Shown here piece by piece: positions 26,761-38,920 of a DNA stretch of 64,000 bases (the stretch's first letter is position 1; every line of letters starts with the position of its first letter). Below the pieces are notes generated by a model that was given only the letters and a program-made list of their open reading frames with translations, made no database searches and was not told the DNA's origin. The DNA lies in the NCBI GenBank assembly GCA_964252035.1, contig OZ176201.1; one strand, given 5' to 3'. Made by a program: the position numbers and the translations under genes. This stretch comes from Podarcis erhardii (taxonomy: Eukaryota).

Positions 26761-27046
26761 GGGATGCAGTCGGTGTTGTTGGTCTCACAGCAGAATTGGG
26801 TGGGATAGCCCATCAGTTGGGGTTTATGCACCAACGGAATTGGGACCAGGTTTTTTGGAGGAATCCATCTGCACCGCTGTGTGAGGCGGCATCAAGATGT
26901 TGAGAAGTGCAAAGAAGGGCAGGAAGGTACTACCTCTAGTGCTTATACTACATCCATTCATGGCAGTACCTCACACTGCTTAGTATCAATGGACCATACG
27001 TTCAGATGATTTCTCATGACTTGGGCACATGACTCTGAATGACTCT

Positions 27047-27566
27047 GAATGTCCAGTTCTGGGCACCACAGTTCAAGGAGGGCACTGACAAACTGGAACG
27101 TGTCCAGAGGAGGGCAACCAAAATGGTCAAAGGCCTGGAAACGATGCCTTATGAGGAACGGCTAAGGGAGCTGGGCATGTTTAGCCTGGAGAAGAGGAGG
27201 TTAAGGGGTGATACGATAGCCATCTTCAAATATATAAAAGGATGTCACATAGAGGAGGGAGAAAGGTTGTTTTCTGCTGCTCCAGAGAAGCGGACACGGA
27301 GCAATGGTTCCAAACTACAAGAAAGAAGATTCCACCTAAACATTAGGAAGAACTTCCTGACAGTAAGAGCTGTTCGACAGTGGAATTTGCTGCCAAGGAG
27401 TGTGGTGGAGTCTCCTTCTTTGGAGGTCTTTAAGCAGAGGCTTGACAACCATATGTCAGGAGTGCTCTGATGGTGTTTCCTGCTTGGCAGGGGGTTGGAC
27501 TTGATGGCCCTTGTGGTCTCTTCCAACTCTATGATTCTATGATTCTATGATTCTATGATTCTATGA
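27047..27566 (+). mobile_element. CR1 LINE, 5'-truncated 3' end
   Basis: Open frame [54 protein letters not shown]...; (ATTCTATG)n tail. Confidence 0.93.
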
Positions 27567-27843
27567 CTCAAAGCTGAATCTGTTCTAAAGGGTCCCCCAA
27601 GCCTCCAGAACAGATTTAGGGAGGGTGTGGTCCGGGAAGTCCCATTGTACAATTACAAATCCTTGCACTGACAGAATGACTTAGTTGGATACCTCCCTTA
27701 CTTTATAATCCACCTTGGGCTTCATGAGAGATGGAAGACAGAATATAAATTGTAAGGAAAATAAATAATAATCTCAAGTGCAGAAAACACAAAGTGATGT
27801 TGATGCAGTACTATCAGTTGTGAATGGTGCTCATATTCATATA

Positions 27844-28217
27844 CAGTGATACCTCAGGTTACGGTAAGTACTTAATTCATTCCGGAGGTCCGTACTTAAC
27901 CTGAAACTGTTCATAACCTGAAGCACCACTTTAGCTAATGGGGCCTCCTGCTGCCACCGCACCACCAGAGCACGATTTCTGTTCTCATCCTGAAGCAAAG
28001 TTCTTAACCTGAAGCACTATTTCTGGGTTAGCGGAGTCTGTAACCTGAAGCGTATGTAACCTGAAGCGTATGTATGTTCCGGAGGCCTGGCCGTATCTCG
28101 AAGACTTCGTAACCGGAGGACTGCTGCTGCGCACACGCGAATTGGACTTCTGGGTTTGCCGCGTTCGCAACCTGAAGATTACATTACCCGAAGGTAACAT
28201 AACCCGAGGGTCCACTG
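27844..28217 (-). mobile_element. Composite Tigger-like MITE (family A body fused to a related subfamily end)
   Basis: TA-CAGTG...CCACTG-TA. Left about 225 bp is family A reversed; right about 145 bp is a different internal sequence with the same TIR type. Confidence 0.7.
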
Positions 28218-30794
28218 TATATAAACGACTGGATTTTCCTGCATTAAGCATGGTAGGGGAGACCAAAAAGGAACAGGCTTCCATTTCCATGTTTGCTACC
28301 AGGAAAAGGGGTTGTACTTGATGATGATGCTTTTTGCATCTGAATTTATAAAATATTATTTGCACGCCACCCCAATCTTTGAGCAGTGCGAGATTCCAGG
28401 GGTTCCTGGAACTCACCCAAGGTTCATGTTTCCTTTTGGGAATGAGGCACAGTGGAGACTTTGGTGTCCTTGTGATGTGTTTATTTACACATATATACAA
28501 CCTGAAGCTATGACAGAGCAGTTCATTGCATTAACACCCCAAGAGCGGCTTGTTTCTCCCATAGTTACTGCCTTTGATTCCACAGCAAACATTGTGTTCT
28601 GCCTCTCTGGCTTTTCTGTCTGCAGTTTTTTCCTCTAGGTCACATTACACACACTTTTCAACTCTAAGCTCTGACTTTGTCCTTCTCACTACTTGCAAGC
28701 TGGAGGAGGGGCTCCACCCATTTGCCATCTGGCACAGAGCCCCTTCTCCTAATTGCTTGTCCCCTTTCCTTTGTTTTCGTAATGGCCCTTCACCCAGGCC
28801 ATTGAGATGAGCAATACCTGATGAGGAAGCTAGCCTGGCTTGTATTTTAACACTTGCTAGGATTATAGGGATTAGAAGTCTGGCAACCACAACCTCATAA
28901 AAATAATTATAAAATGACCCTGGTAGTTGATTGGGGGTTCCTTAAGGCCTACTAATAGCTAACCTGGCTAGTTGTTACCAAAGTCTAGGCTAGTAACCTG
29001 TTCCTTATTTCAGCAAACAGTTCCTTGTTTAGCGTTAATGTTTCACATTACTAAATAAGGAGCCATTTGTTGAAATAAGGAACAGGTGGAAAGCCTATCT
29101 AAACCTCACTATGGAAGGTACCTAAAGCTACAATTAACTGACAGGTGGGAGAAGGTGGTGAAACTGGTTTGCTCATTGGGAGTAAAAGAAGATATGTATC
29201 TCCCAGGAGAACTACAAAAGAAAGTGATGGGGAGAAAGCAATTCTACATTTTTTGCAGCCAAGTAGGCAAAAGAGATGTATTGCTACCGTCTTGGGAATA
29301 GCACTGTCCCTTTGTGTGTCTTCTTGCCCACTACCTATTTGAATTGTACGTTTGAAAATAAACCAATATTTCTAAGCACTATCAATAACCAACATCCTCT
29401 CCTCCAATGGAAATTCACCTTGCTTTAGGTGATTGGCATGCTTGGGCAAAGTGGCCAGGTGGGTCTAGTTACACTGTAAGGCTCACAATTCCTCACCTCC
29501 TGCTTTAGACAGTTTCTATAGTAGGCTGCTATTGGTTCCATTGTACAGACTGGGCAACTGAGGCTGAAAGCAAATGCCATGCCCACTGTTGGCTGCCTTA
29601 AAGTGGCATGCAGTTCTGGTTCTTCATAAAACACGAACCTTTCCCATTAGGACTCAGCCAAACCTACTCCCTTTTTTCCAGGAACATTTCCAGTAGTATT
29701 GGAAAACCCTTCTTTTTTGCATTTTTACCCTCAGTACCCCTTGAAAAAATATATCCAGTTACTTGTTCTAAAACATGCATAGACACACAGAGACATTTTG
29801 CCTCCCTTTAGCGTTCTGGCAGCAGATTGCTTTAGCCTATCTGTGAAACACATCTTTGAGCTTGATGACAGAAGTCAACTAGGCTCAGAGCACTGCAGAC
29901 ACTGAGTACAATACAGACAAAAATCGGATATATGGAACAGGGAGTAGCTTTACTCCTCTCAAGCACCAGTGGAGGCCTTTGTAGCAAGCCATTTGCAAGC
30001 TGTGGTTATAGCTTTGCCCATTAGTATTGGGGGGGGGGGTTAAGGGCTGCTGAAGCATTCATTACTGAAATCCTGAGCCTGCAATGGACCAAAGATCCCT
30101 CCTGACCTTTCTATCATGCTAGATACAATTGAGTTAGTGCTGAATTTTGATTTAATTCCAGGAATGGAATTATAATTCGCTTATAGCCGACATTTTCCTG
30201 AAAATACATGCATCAGAACACTGCAGGAAGGTAGGGGTGATTGCACAAGCGATACTAACTTTGAGAAAGACATTAACAAACAGCATCACTCTCCCCCCCC
30301 CCCTTTTAGAGATTCGACTCTGCAATAGTTGCGATTTGTTCCTGAATTATGCAAGACGAGGAAGAGGGTGGTTTATGGCCTCCAATTATGCCCCAGTATG
30401 CTTCAGATAGCTCACAAGCTCTCGAGTAAAACCAACAGAGAAAGAGTTGTTGGAAAGTAACACTGCATTACGTGGCACAAACCCACACGATCCTCACGTC
30501 CTACTCTCAACTCTTGACTCAAAACAGATTCCTAAGGTTCTAAGCAGCAATATAAGAAACCTGCTAAACCTGTTTGCAGAGGCAAAAGTGGGAAGAGCGT
30601 GCATGCAGGACAAGAGTTGATCCCTCTTTGGAATTGTCTCCAGCTCTCCAAGAAGAACAAGAAGCTCATCTTTGCCTGAATACTGAGAGTCCCAGCTTTA
30701 ACAGAAAGATTGCCAGACCACCAGGAAGATTTCCCATTGAAGCTGCCCAAGGAGGCCACAGGGAGCTTTCAAAATGTGATGACTCAAATGTTAA

Positions 30795-31010
30795 CTTAAG
30801 AACAGCCATCTAGTCCAGCATTCTGTTCTCACAGTGGCCATTCAGATGCCCCTTTGTGATACCATCAAACAGAACCCGAGCACAAGAGGTCTCCCTTCCT
30901 GCAGTTTCCATAAGCATTGCTGCCTCTTGGCTGTGGAGCACAGCCATCAGGGCTAGTAGCCCTTGAGAGTCTTCTCCTCCATGAATTTGTCCAATCCTCT
31001 TTTAAAGAAG
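30795..31010 (-). mobile_element. Decayed CR1-type 3' fragment interrupted by SINEs
   Basis: CATGAATTTGTCCAATCCTCTTTTAAAG, resuming as AAAGCCATCCAA near 31485. Confidence 0.5.
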
Positions 31011-31332
31011 AAGAGTTTAGATTTGATATCCCACTTTATCACTACCCTAAGGAGTCTCAAAGCGGCTCAAAGAGCCAGTGTGGTGTAGTGGTTAAGAGCA
31101 GTAGATTCGTAATCTGGGGAACCGGGTTCACTTCCCCGCTCCTCCACATGCAGCTGCTGGGTGACCTTGGGCCAGTCACACTTCTTTGAAGTCTCTCAGC
31201 CCCACTCACCTCACAGAGTGTTGGTTGTGGGGGAGGAAGGGAAAGGAGAATGTTGGCCGCTTTGAGACTCCTTAGGGTAGTGATAAAACGGGATATCAAA
31301 TCCAAAATCATCTTCTTCTTCTTCTTCTTCTT

Positions 31333-31364
<32 letters not shown>

Positions 31365-31480
31365 ATTCTCCTTTCCCTTCCTCCCCCACAACAAACACTC
31401 TGTGAGGTGAGGAGCAGAGACGTGAACCCGGTTCACCAGATTACGAGTCTACCGTTCTTAACCACTACCACACTGGCTCA
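31008..31480. mobile_element. Nested pair of MIR-like tRNA SINEs: plus copy at about 31072-31360 inside a minus copy
   Basis: The outer copy is split at GCGGCT|ACATTCTCC relative to the intact copy at 38663-38920. The inner copy has a GTGTGGTGTAGTGGTTAAGAGC head and a (TTC)n tail. Confidence 0.8.
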
Positions 31481-32089
31481 CCACAAAGCCATCCAAAAAG
31501 ATTAAAAGATGGGAAACAAGGAAGCAGGCCAAAGAAGCCCGACTTCATTAGGACTGTCAAATGTCATGCTATCTACAGCCATAAATCAAAATTTGACTAG
31601 GCAATCACTCACATGTGCCACATTTGAGAGTCAAAATGTTTTGAATGAGGATATGTGCAATTGCAATGGGGGCGAGGTCATTATGCCCATGTTAATTTAT
31701 TTATCATGTGTTTAAATCCTACCCCTTCCTTCAAGGGGAAAATGAGCTTCATCATGACAGAGGGACACAAAAAGCAAACATGGATTCCATAAGAAAAGAC
31801 AAAGTGGGGGGGAGACCTCTAATATTCCATCATTGGCAATACCTCCAATGGAAATGTCAAAAAATAGTGGGGAGCTTCAGATGTTACACAAAGCAGGAGG
31901 TGGGCAGACAAGGAGGGAATTAAGAACACAAAACCTAGGTTGGATGCTTTGGCCCCATCAACATAACATCCAGCTTAATTTTTTGTATTTTTATTTTTCC
32001 TCATTCACTGCTTCATGTTCCATCCAGCTTGATGAAGAGTTCTGGAGCACTCAAATGTTTGTCACTATTTCACAACATTTTTGTTGGTA

Positions 32090-32315
32090 CAGTGGTACCT
32101 CAGGTTACATACGCTTCATGTAACAGACTCCACTAACCCAGAAATAGTACCTCAGGTTAAGAACTTTGCTTCAGAATGAGAACAGAAATTGTGCTCCGGT
32201 GGTGCGGTGGCAGTGGGAGACCCCATTAGCTAAAGTGGTGCTTCAGGTTAAGAACAGTTTCAGGTTAAGAACGGACCTCTGGAACGAATTAAGTACTTAA
32301 CCCGAGGTACCACTG
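32090..32315 (+). mobile_element. Tigger/pogo-like MITE, family A
   Basis: Same TIRs, TA duplication. Confidence 0.85.
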
Positions 32316-32954
32316 TACCCATAAAGGTATGTGCCAACTTAGAATGGCTGTGGAAGGATTCTGAACCAATGCTCTCTTGGCTATATACCACAGTTTGCTG
32401 TGGCGTAAGAACAGTGATGAAGATCACAGACTGAACCCCAACCCGTGCAGTCAAATCTTACTTCAGCTGTGAACTCCCTAGGGTGGTCTCAGAGAAGATC
32501 TTATTCACTTAGGTCACACTCACATGGCTTTCCCAAAGAATCTTGGGAACTGTGGTTTTAAGGGTACTTGGAATTGTAGCTCTGTGAGGGGCAGACTGCA
32601 GTTCACAGGATTCATTGGGGGAAGCCATGAGCTTCAAATGTGCAGTGTAGCTGTGACCTTAACCTTGCCCCCCATATATGTCACAAGACCTACTCTACAG
32701 GGCTGTTGTAAGGATTATTACAAAGATAGCTTAAGTGAAGTAGTTTGGATGCTATAAAAAAAAAAGCACTGGAATATTAAATGTTATTCAGATGATAATT
32801 TGCCAGTGGAAATGATGTTAATGATAATGATTACGCCCACTGCCATGAAATCCACTGCCGGTACTTTTTGCTAAAGCAATCAAGAGGTAAAACATAACGG
32901 GTAAGCCTTCAAGTAGTACCTAAGTAGAAAACCTTCTTCTCCATTTTGCATCTA

Positions 32955-33196
32955 CAGTGGTACCTCGGGTTACATACACTTCAGGTTACATACGCTTCAG
33001 GTTACAGACTCTGCTAACCCAGAAATATTGCTTCAGGTTAAGAACTTTGCTTCAGGATGAGAACAGAAATCGTGCTCCGGTGGCGCAGCAGCAGCAGGAG
33101 GCGCCATTAGCTAAAGTGGTACCTCAGGTTAAGAACAGTTTCAGGTTAAGTACGGACCTCCGGAACGAATTAAGTACTTAGCCCGAGGTACCACTG
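32955..33196 (+). mobile_element. Tigger/pogo-like MITE, family A
   Basis: Same TIRs, TA duplication. Confidence 0.85.
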
Positions 33197-34219
33197 TAGT
33201 TGCATCCAGCTCCCAGAATAGGCACATAAACCACACACCTACTTTCCCTGCCAATAGTCTAAGAAGTTGTTGATCTCACTGGAACTGTTATGAGTCTGGG
33301 CCCACGTGCAAGCCATAAATTTGGTATTCTTTCTTGAAATGCAAGATGGTATATATGTACTCCTCCTCTGCTCTTGGTTTCCTGCACTGGGTTGACAGAA
33401 TATCACTGGCATCTTGAATTAATAAAAGATTTCTTATGTTAGGGAAATTCTGTTTCCCTCGGTGAAATAACCCAGAAATGTAGCCTATCATTTATAGGCT
33501 GGGCAGATGCAAAGCTGCAGACAGACTTAATGACAACATAAGCTATGCCTGCTGAAATTACTTCTTCTGCGGAATTGTTAACGGTGCCAAAGTCATGCCC
33601 TCTTCTTTTACATCTGCCCCCCCCCATGTTAGATAAGACTCTAGAAGGTGGTTAAAATGACCCCAAAATAAGCACTGGAGCACTAGAAGGAACACCTCCT
33701 CGATTAACTCACAAATGAATTTGATTAAAGGAATGCAGAATTCATTTGGTCAGTCTGCAGGTTGTTTTCTGATTTCAGATTTAATTCACTCTGGATTTTT
33801 AAGCTGCAGTTTCTTTTTTTAAGTAAGTCTGAAAGATAAGGATTGCAAAGCACACTGTGCGCCACAGGTCACTATTTTTCTTGTTGTTCCTTTTAAGTCT
33901 CTGATTAGTTAATTAATTAATTGAGTTCATAGTATCAGATTAACAAACAAAAGCCATTCCATTCTATTTTGAGACCAACACAGCCAATCCCAATAATTCA
34001 AAGGTCATAATTAAGGACCTCCATCAGATCTGTCGAAAACATATGAAGATTAAAACACGTGTTTTGAAATAAGAGATTTCATCTTTTTCTCACGGTCTGC
34101 CTACTTTGATGTACATGACTTTATTTCTTTTATTATCGTGACCATCCCCTTAGAAAGCATGTGCCTCTGCAAGGTTTTTGGCAATGATTTGCGCAAAGAT
34201 GGGGATGAAGAAACTTTTA

Positions 34220-34670
34220 AAAATATATATATATATATTTATTAAAGTTTCAAAAATGTTACAAAAATGAAAAAGAAAAAGAAAAAAAATACAAAATACA
34301 GAAAAATAAAAACAATTAAAAACATTTCAATCTTTCCATGTCTTGTCTTTCATTGACTTGTTTCCCTGACCTCCTCACACCTCCCTTTTTTGTATTCCAA
34401 TTCAATTAGCAATTTCAGCAAATCCTTTCCATTTTTGCTTTTATCTTAATAATTTATCTTAATATAGTGTAACTTTACATTCTCACCTATTCATAATCCA
34501 ATTTTACCTAATTCTATAACATTACTGCTAAAACCACATAACTTCATTCCCGCATCCTTCTAACATTCCTTAATTTTACAGTGTTTCTGTAAATAGTCTT
34601 TAAATTTCTTCCAATCTTCTTCTACCGACTCTTCTCCCTGGTCTTGGATTCTGCCAGTCATTTCTGACTG
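34220..34670 (-). mobile_element. L1-like LINE 3' end
   Basis: Minus frame GRIQDQGEESVEEDWKKFKDYLQKHC, then 3' UTR and A/T tail. Confidence 0.7.
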
Positions 34671-35008
34671 GCAGATGGGGATACAGAAACTGGTGCACAA
34701 ATGAAAATGTGTGCACACAGGTGAATTCACCATCCTACTTCAGAAACCATGCATATGCATAATATCCGGCATGTGCGCCGAACTACCATTCTGAATGGAA
34801 AATGAATGCCGCTCACACAGGAATTCCATACATGCACATCAGAGCACGTGCCAAACTCCAGATTTCCCCATGACATATCCAGGCTGCATTATCTTCTGAA
34901 CATCTTATTTCACACACTGAATTAGCAAACATGCCAATCAGGCTGGCTGGAGAGGGAAAAGGTCTCCTGAGCATGTACAGAATTTCTCAGGGTCAGCCCA
35001 ACACAGTA

Positions 35009-35250
35009 CAGTGGTACCTCAGGTTACATACACTTCAGATTACATGCGCTTCAGGTTACAGACTCTGCTAACCCAGAAATAGTACCTCGGGTTAAGAACT
35101 TTGCTTCAGGATGAGAACAGAAATCATGCTCCAGTGGCCCAGCAGCAGCGGGAGGGGCCATTAGCTAAAGTGGTGCTTCAGGTTAAGAACAGTTTCAGGT
35201 TAAGAATGGACCTCAGGAACGAATTAAGTACTTAACCCGAGGTACCACTG
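35009..35250 (+). mobile_element. Tigger/pogo-like MITE, family A
   Basis: Same TIRs, TA duplication. Confidence 0.85.
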
Positions 35251-35352
35251 TATAGACAGCTGCCAGGGCCATCAGAATTGGAGCTGTCAGATGACGCTAG
35301 GAAATCCTGAAAGGCAGGGACACAAATGCCTTTGGCTCTAGAACTTCAGAAC

Positions 35353-35702
35353 TTCAGAATCCGAGATCTGGGAGAAGAAAAGATGGAGGAAGACTGGGAG
35401 AAATTCAAGATGTATCTACAAAAACATTGTAATTTGTTTGAATGTTAAGAAGGATGCTAGATTATAAAAAATTGGCCACCACTAAACTAGATTTAAATTT
35501 GATGCTAAGTGAGATTAAAGAAAATATAAAAATTTTATTGGAAAAAGTGCTAGATTATATTTGAATGTGTGGACATGAGACTGTAAACAAGTTGATAATT
35601 TGTTTGGAAAAATTTTTTTTTGACGACGTAAATGGGAGAGGGGGACGTGAGGGAGTCCAAAGAAGCGAAGAATTTGTTGTGATAGAAGTAAAAAAAAAAA
35701 AA
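35353..35702 (+). mobile_element. L1-like LINE 3' end with TSD
   Basis: Encodes RIRDLGEEKMEEDWEKFKMYLQKHCNLFEC*, poly(A) tail, 14-bp TSD TAGAACTTCAGAAC (35339-35352, 35703-35716). Confidence 0.75.
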
Positions 35703-35802
35703 TAGAACTTCAGAACAAGGAGCCTATGCTTCACTTCCTCTGCTTTCCCAGTTCCCAGCCTGTTCTTGCACAATTCACTAACAAAACATAAGAAGGTGTA
35801 TA

Positions 35803-36044
35803 CAGGGGTACCTCTGGTTACGTGCTTAATTCGTTCCGGAGGTCCGTTCTTAACCTGAAACTGTTCTTAACCTGAAGCACCACTTTAGCTAATGGGACCT
35901 CCCGCTGCTGCTGTGCCGCCGCTGCACGATTTCTGTTCTCATCCTGAAGCAAAGTTCTTAAACCAAGGTACTATTTCTGGGTTAGCGGAGTCTGTAACCT
36001 GAAGCGTATGTAACCTGAAGCATATTTAGCCCGAGGTACCACTG
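35803..36044 (-). mobile_element. Tigger/pogo-like MITE, family A, reversed
   Basis: Same TIRs, TA duplication. Confidence 0.85.
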
Positions 36045-36050
36045 TATAAT

Positions 36051-36406
36051 TGGACGCGGGTGGCGCTGCGGGTTAAACCACAGAGCCTAGGACTTGTCAA
36101 TCAGAAGGTGGGCGGTTCGAATCCCCACGACGGGGTGAGCTCCCGTTGCTCGGTCCCTGCTCCTGCCAACCTAGCAGTTCGAAAGCACGTCAAAGTGCAA
36201 GTAGATAAATAGGTACCGCTCCAGCGGGAAGGTAAACAGCGTTTCCATGCGCTGCTCTGGTTCGCCAGAAGTGGCTTAGTCATGCTGGCCACATGACCCG
36301 GAAGCTGTACGCCGGCTCCCTCGGCCAATAAAGCGAGATGAGTGCCGCAACCCCAGAGTCGGTCACGACTGGACCTAATGGTCAGGGGCCCATTTACCTT
36401 TACCTA
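36051..36406 (+). mobile_element. Sauria-type SINE, full length
   Basis: GGACGCGGGTGGCGCTG head; 14-bp TSD TACCACTGTATAAT (36037-36050, 36407-36420). Confidence 0.88.
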
Positions 36407-37239
36407 TACCACTGTATAATCAAGGGAAACCAAAAGCCAACTAGAAGGTTCCTTTGGCAGCAACAGGGCAACAACATTTTAATCCTACTTTTCCCCAAAG
36501 ACCTCAAGACAGTGCACACGATTTTCCTGCATTATCCTCACGACAATCCTTTGAGGGAGGTTAGGCCGACTGGCACAAACCCCCTTACAATGCACTGTTC
36601 TGCATGTTGATTCAGAAAGAAACCCCATTCACTCAATAGGACTTACTCCCAGGTAAGTGAGGATAAGTGCATGTGTGGGGATTTGAGGTCAAAGTGCAAC
36701 ACTCTAAGCACTCTGACACTCTGACTCTCTAGACATAAAACCGAAATATAACTAAATTTTGCCTAAAGCAGCAATTGGGATTGGACCGCCCCTGCCTTTA
36801 TTTCACAGTAATTCATAATTACACTTCACATAGCAGAGATTGAGGGCTAGTGCTATAGGGTCCCTTTGCTTTCTGCTCCACTCTTTGCTCTTCTGTAAAT
36901 AACAATTTAACCTCAGATTCATCCTCTGTCTGTCCAAACTCCTGCTATTTTATTTCAGATTACAATCTGGAGATGTGTGCTTATGTCAGCAAATTTACCT
37001 CTCCCCCTCTTCTAATTTCTCCTTTTATATTTCCTTTGCATTCTGCTCCCTGATATATTCTTTCTGACTTATTTTGTAAATGCACTGATAGGTTCTAGCT
37101 TTCAAACCGCTAAGGGGAGGGGGAAAGAGGGGGGTGGGCAAGGAATGTTTATTTTTTATTTTATTTTGTACGTTTACCCACTTTCTAGTTTCTTGCTGGA
37201 AAGCCAAGAAAGGATAAAGTTCTTGGCCTTATTAAATAT

Positions 37240-37560
37240 TTATCAGTTAATTACAATATGTAGATTGTGCCGGTAGGCTATTCATCTTTTGAGGGGGAGA
37301 TACAATAAAATACAGTGGAAAGTTGTGTTATCGTAATTGCCTGATGCCACGGGAAAGAACCAGAGCCGCTGCAATGTGTTTTACATTTATCTGCACCGCC
37401 GCATTTTCATTTTGTGCAGCAAAGCTGCCTCCGTTGTTGTTTCACGGATACTTAATGTTTGCAACCTCGGCATTTTCTTCAGAGGTCTCCTTACAGGAAG
37501 AGAGTTGTTATCACAGCAGCCTCAGCAAAGATCTCTCTCTCTCTTTTCCCAATAAGAAGG
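37240..37560. promoter_or_regulatory. Candidate conserved non-coding element
   Basis: Non-repetitive stretch with a CpG cluster in otherwise CpG-poor DNA. Confidence 0.33.
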
Positions 37561-38272
37561 GGAAGCTGGTAGACGAGAAAATTAACTCTAACTTCTCTCC
37601 TCCTTTCGGGTTCAGAGCAGAAGCTAGCAGTCAAGTCCAGGTTACACACAACACACAACACACACACACTCTCTCTCTAAAAAAACCAACACATCCACAG
37701 GGCGGGGGCCTGATTAAGTTCTGCTTTCAGACTGAAGCATTCACACCACCATATATTTAAAGCATCTCTCACCCCCCCAAAAGAATCCTGGAATCTGTAG
37801 TTTAGCCCTCCCAGAGCAGCAAGCTCCAGCAGCCTTAACAAACTACAGTTCCCATGATTCTTTGGGAGGGGGAAATATGCTTTGAATGTGTGGTGTGTAC
37901 CATTCAGTCATGCAATTCCCCACTTACAGATAAAAGTGGTATAGGCCAGATTTATTATTATTTTACTAAAATTTTAAGAGCTGTTTGGGTAGACTTGAGA
38001 TGGATTTGGGGGGATGGAGTCATATTCCTTCAGCCTCAGGAACATATCTCACCTCCAAGTGTCCCTATTTTCCAGGGTCAGTCCCAGATTTACAGAAGCC
38101 ATCCCGGTTTCTGATTTGATCCGGAATGTCCCACTTTTCCTTAGTACATCCCTATCTTCATCAGAGAAATGTTGGAGAGTATGCCATATTCCTTAATGGA
38201 CAGCCTTTCAGTGGTCGTGTGCCACTAGGGAACAGGGCCAGAGGCAACTGACGAATACCTTTGTAGAGTATA

Positions 38273-38591
38273 CAGTGGTGCCTCGCAAGATGAAATTAAT
38301 TCGTTCCACGAGTCTCTTTGTCTTGCGGTTTCTTCGTCTTGCGAAGCATGGCTATTAGCGGCTTAGCGGCTTAGCGCTAATAGCGGCTTAGCGGCTATTA
38401 GCGGCTATTAGCAGCTTAGCGGCTTAGAAAAGGGGGGGGGAGAAAAAAACTTGCAAGAACTCGCAAGACATTTCGTCTTGCGAAGCAAGCCCATAGGGAA
38501 ATTCGTCTTGCGAAGCACCTCAAAAGACGGAAAACTCTTCATCTAGCGAGTTTTTCATCTTGCGAGGCATTCGTTTTGCGGGGCACCACTG
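38273..38591. mobile_element. Tigger/pogo-like MITE, family B, with internal (TAGCGGCT)n array
   Basis: TIRs CAGTGGTGCCTCGCAA / TTGCGGGGCACCACTG, TA flanks. Confidence 0.8.
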
Positions 38592-38662
38592 TACAATATT
38601 CCAGTCATGCAATAGTCAGAGCTCAGATTTCTACGCGCCCACACCCCTCCATCCTGACAAAC

Positions 38663-38920
38663 AAGAAGAAGAAAAGAAGAGTTTGGATTTGATATCCCGC
38701 TTTATCACTACCGGAAGGAGTCTCAAAGCGGCTAACATTCTCCTTTCCCTTCCTCCCCCACAACAAACACTCTGTGAGGTGAGTGGGGCTGAGAGACTTC
38801 AGAGAGAAGTGTGACTAGACCAAGGTCACCAAGCAGCTGCATGTGGAGGAGCAGAGATGCGAACCTGGTTCACCAGATTACGAGTCTACTGCTCTTAACC
38901 ACTACACCACACACTGGCTC
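38663..38920 (-). mobile_element. MIR-like tRNA SINE with (TTC)n tail
   Basis: Intact member of the 31 kb family. Confidence 0.8.

Noticed and set aside
12865-36044. Recurring about 230-bp units as a CRISPR-like or satellite array
   Set aside because: Dispersed, variably oriented, with TIRs and TA duplications: MITEs in a vertebrate genome.
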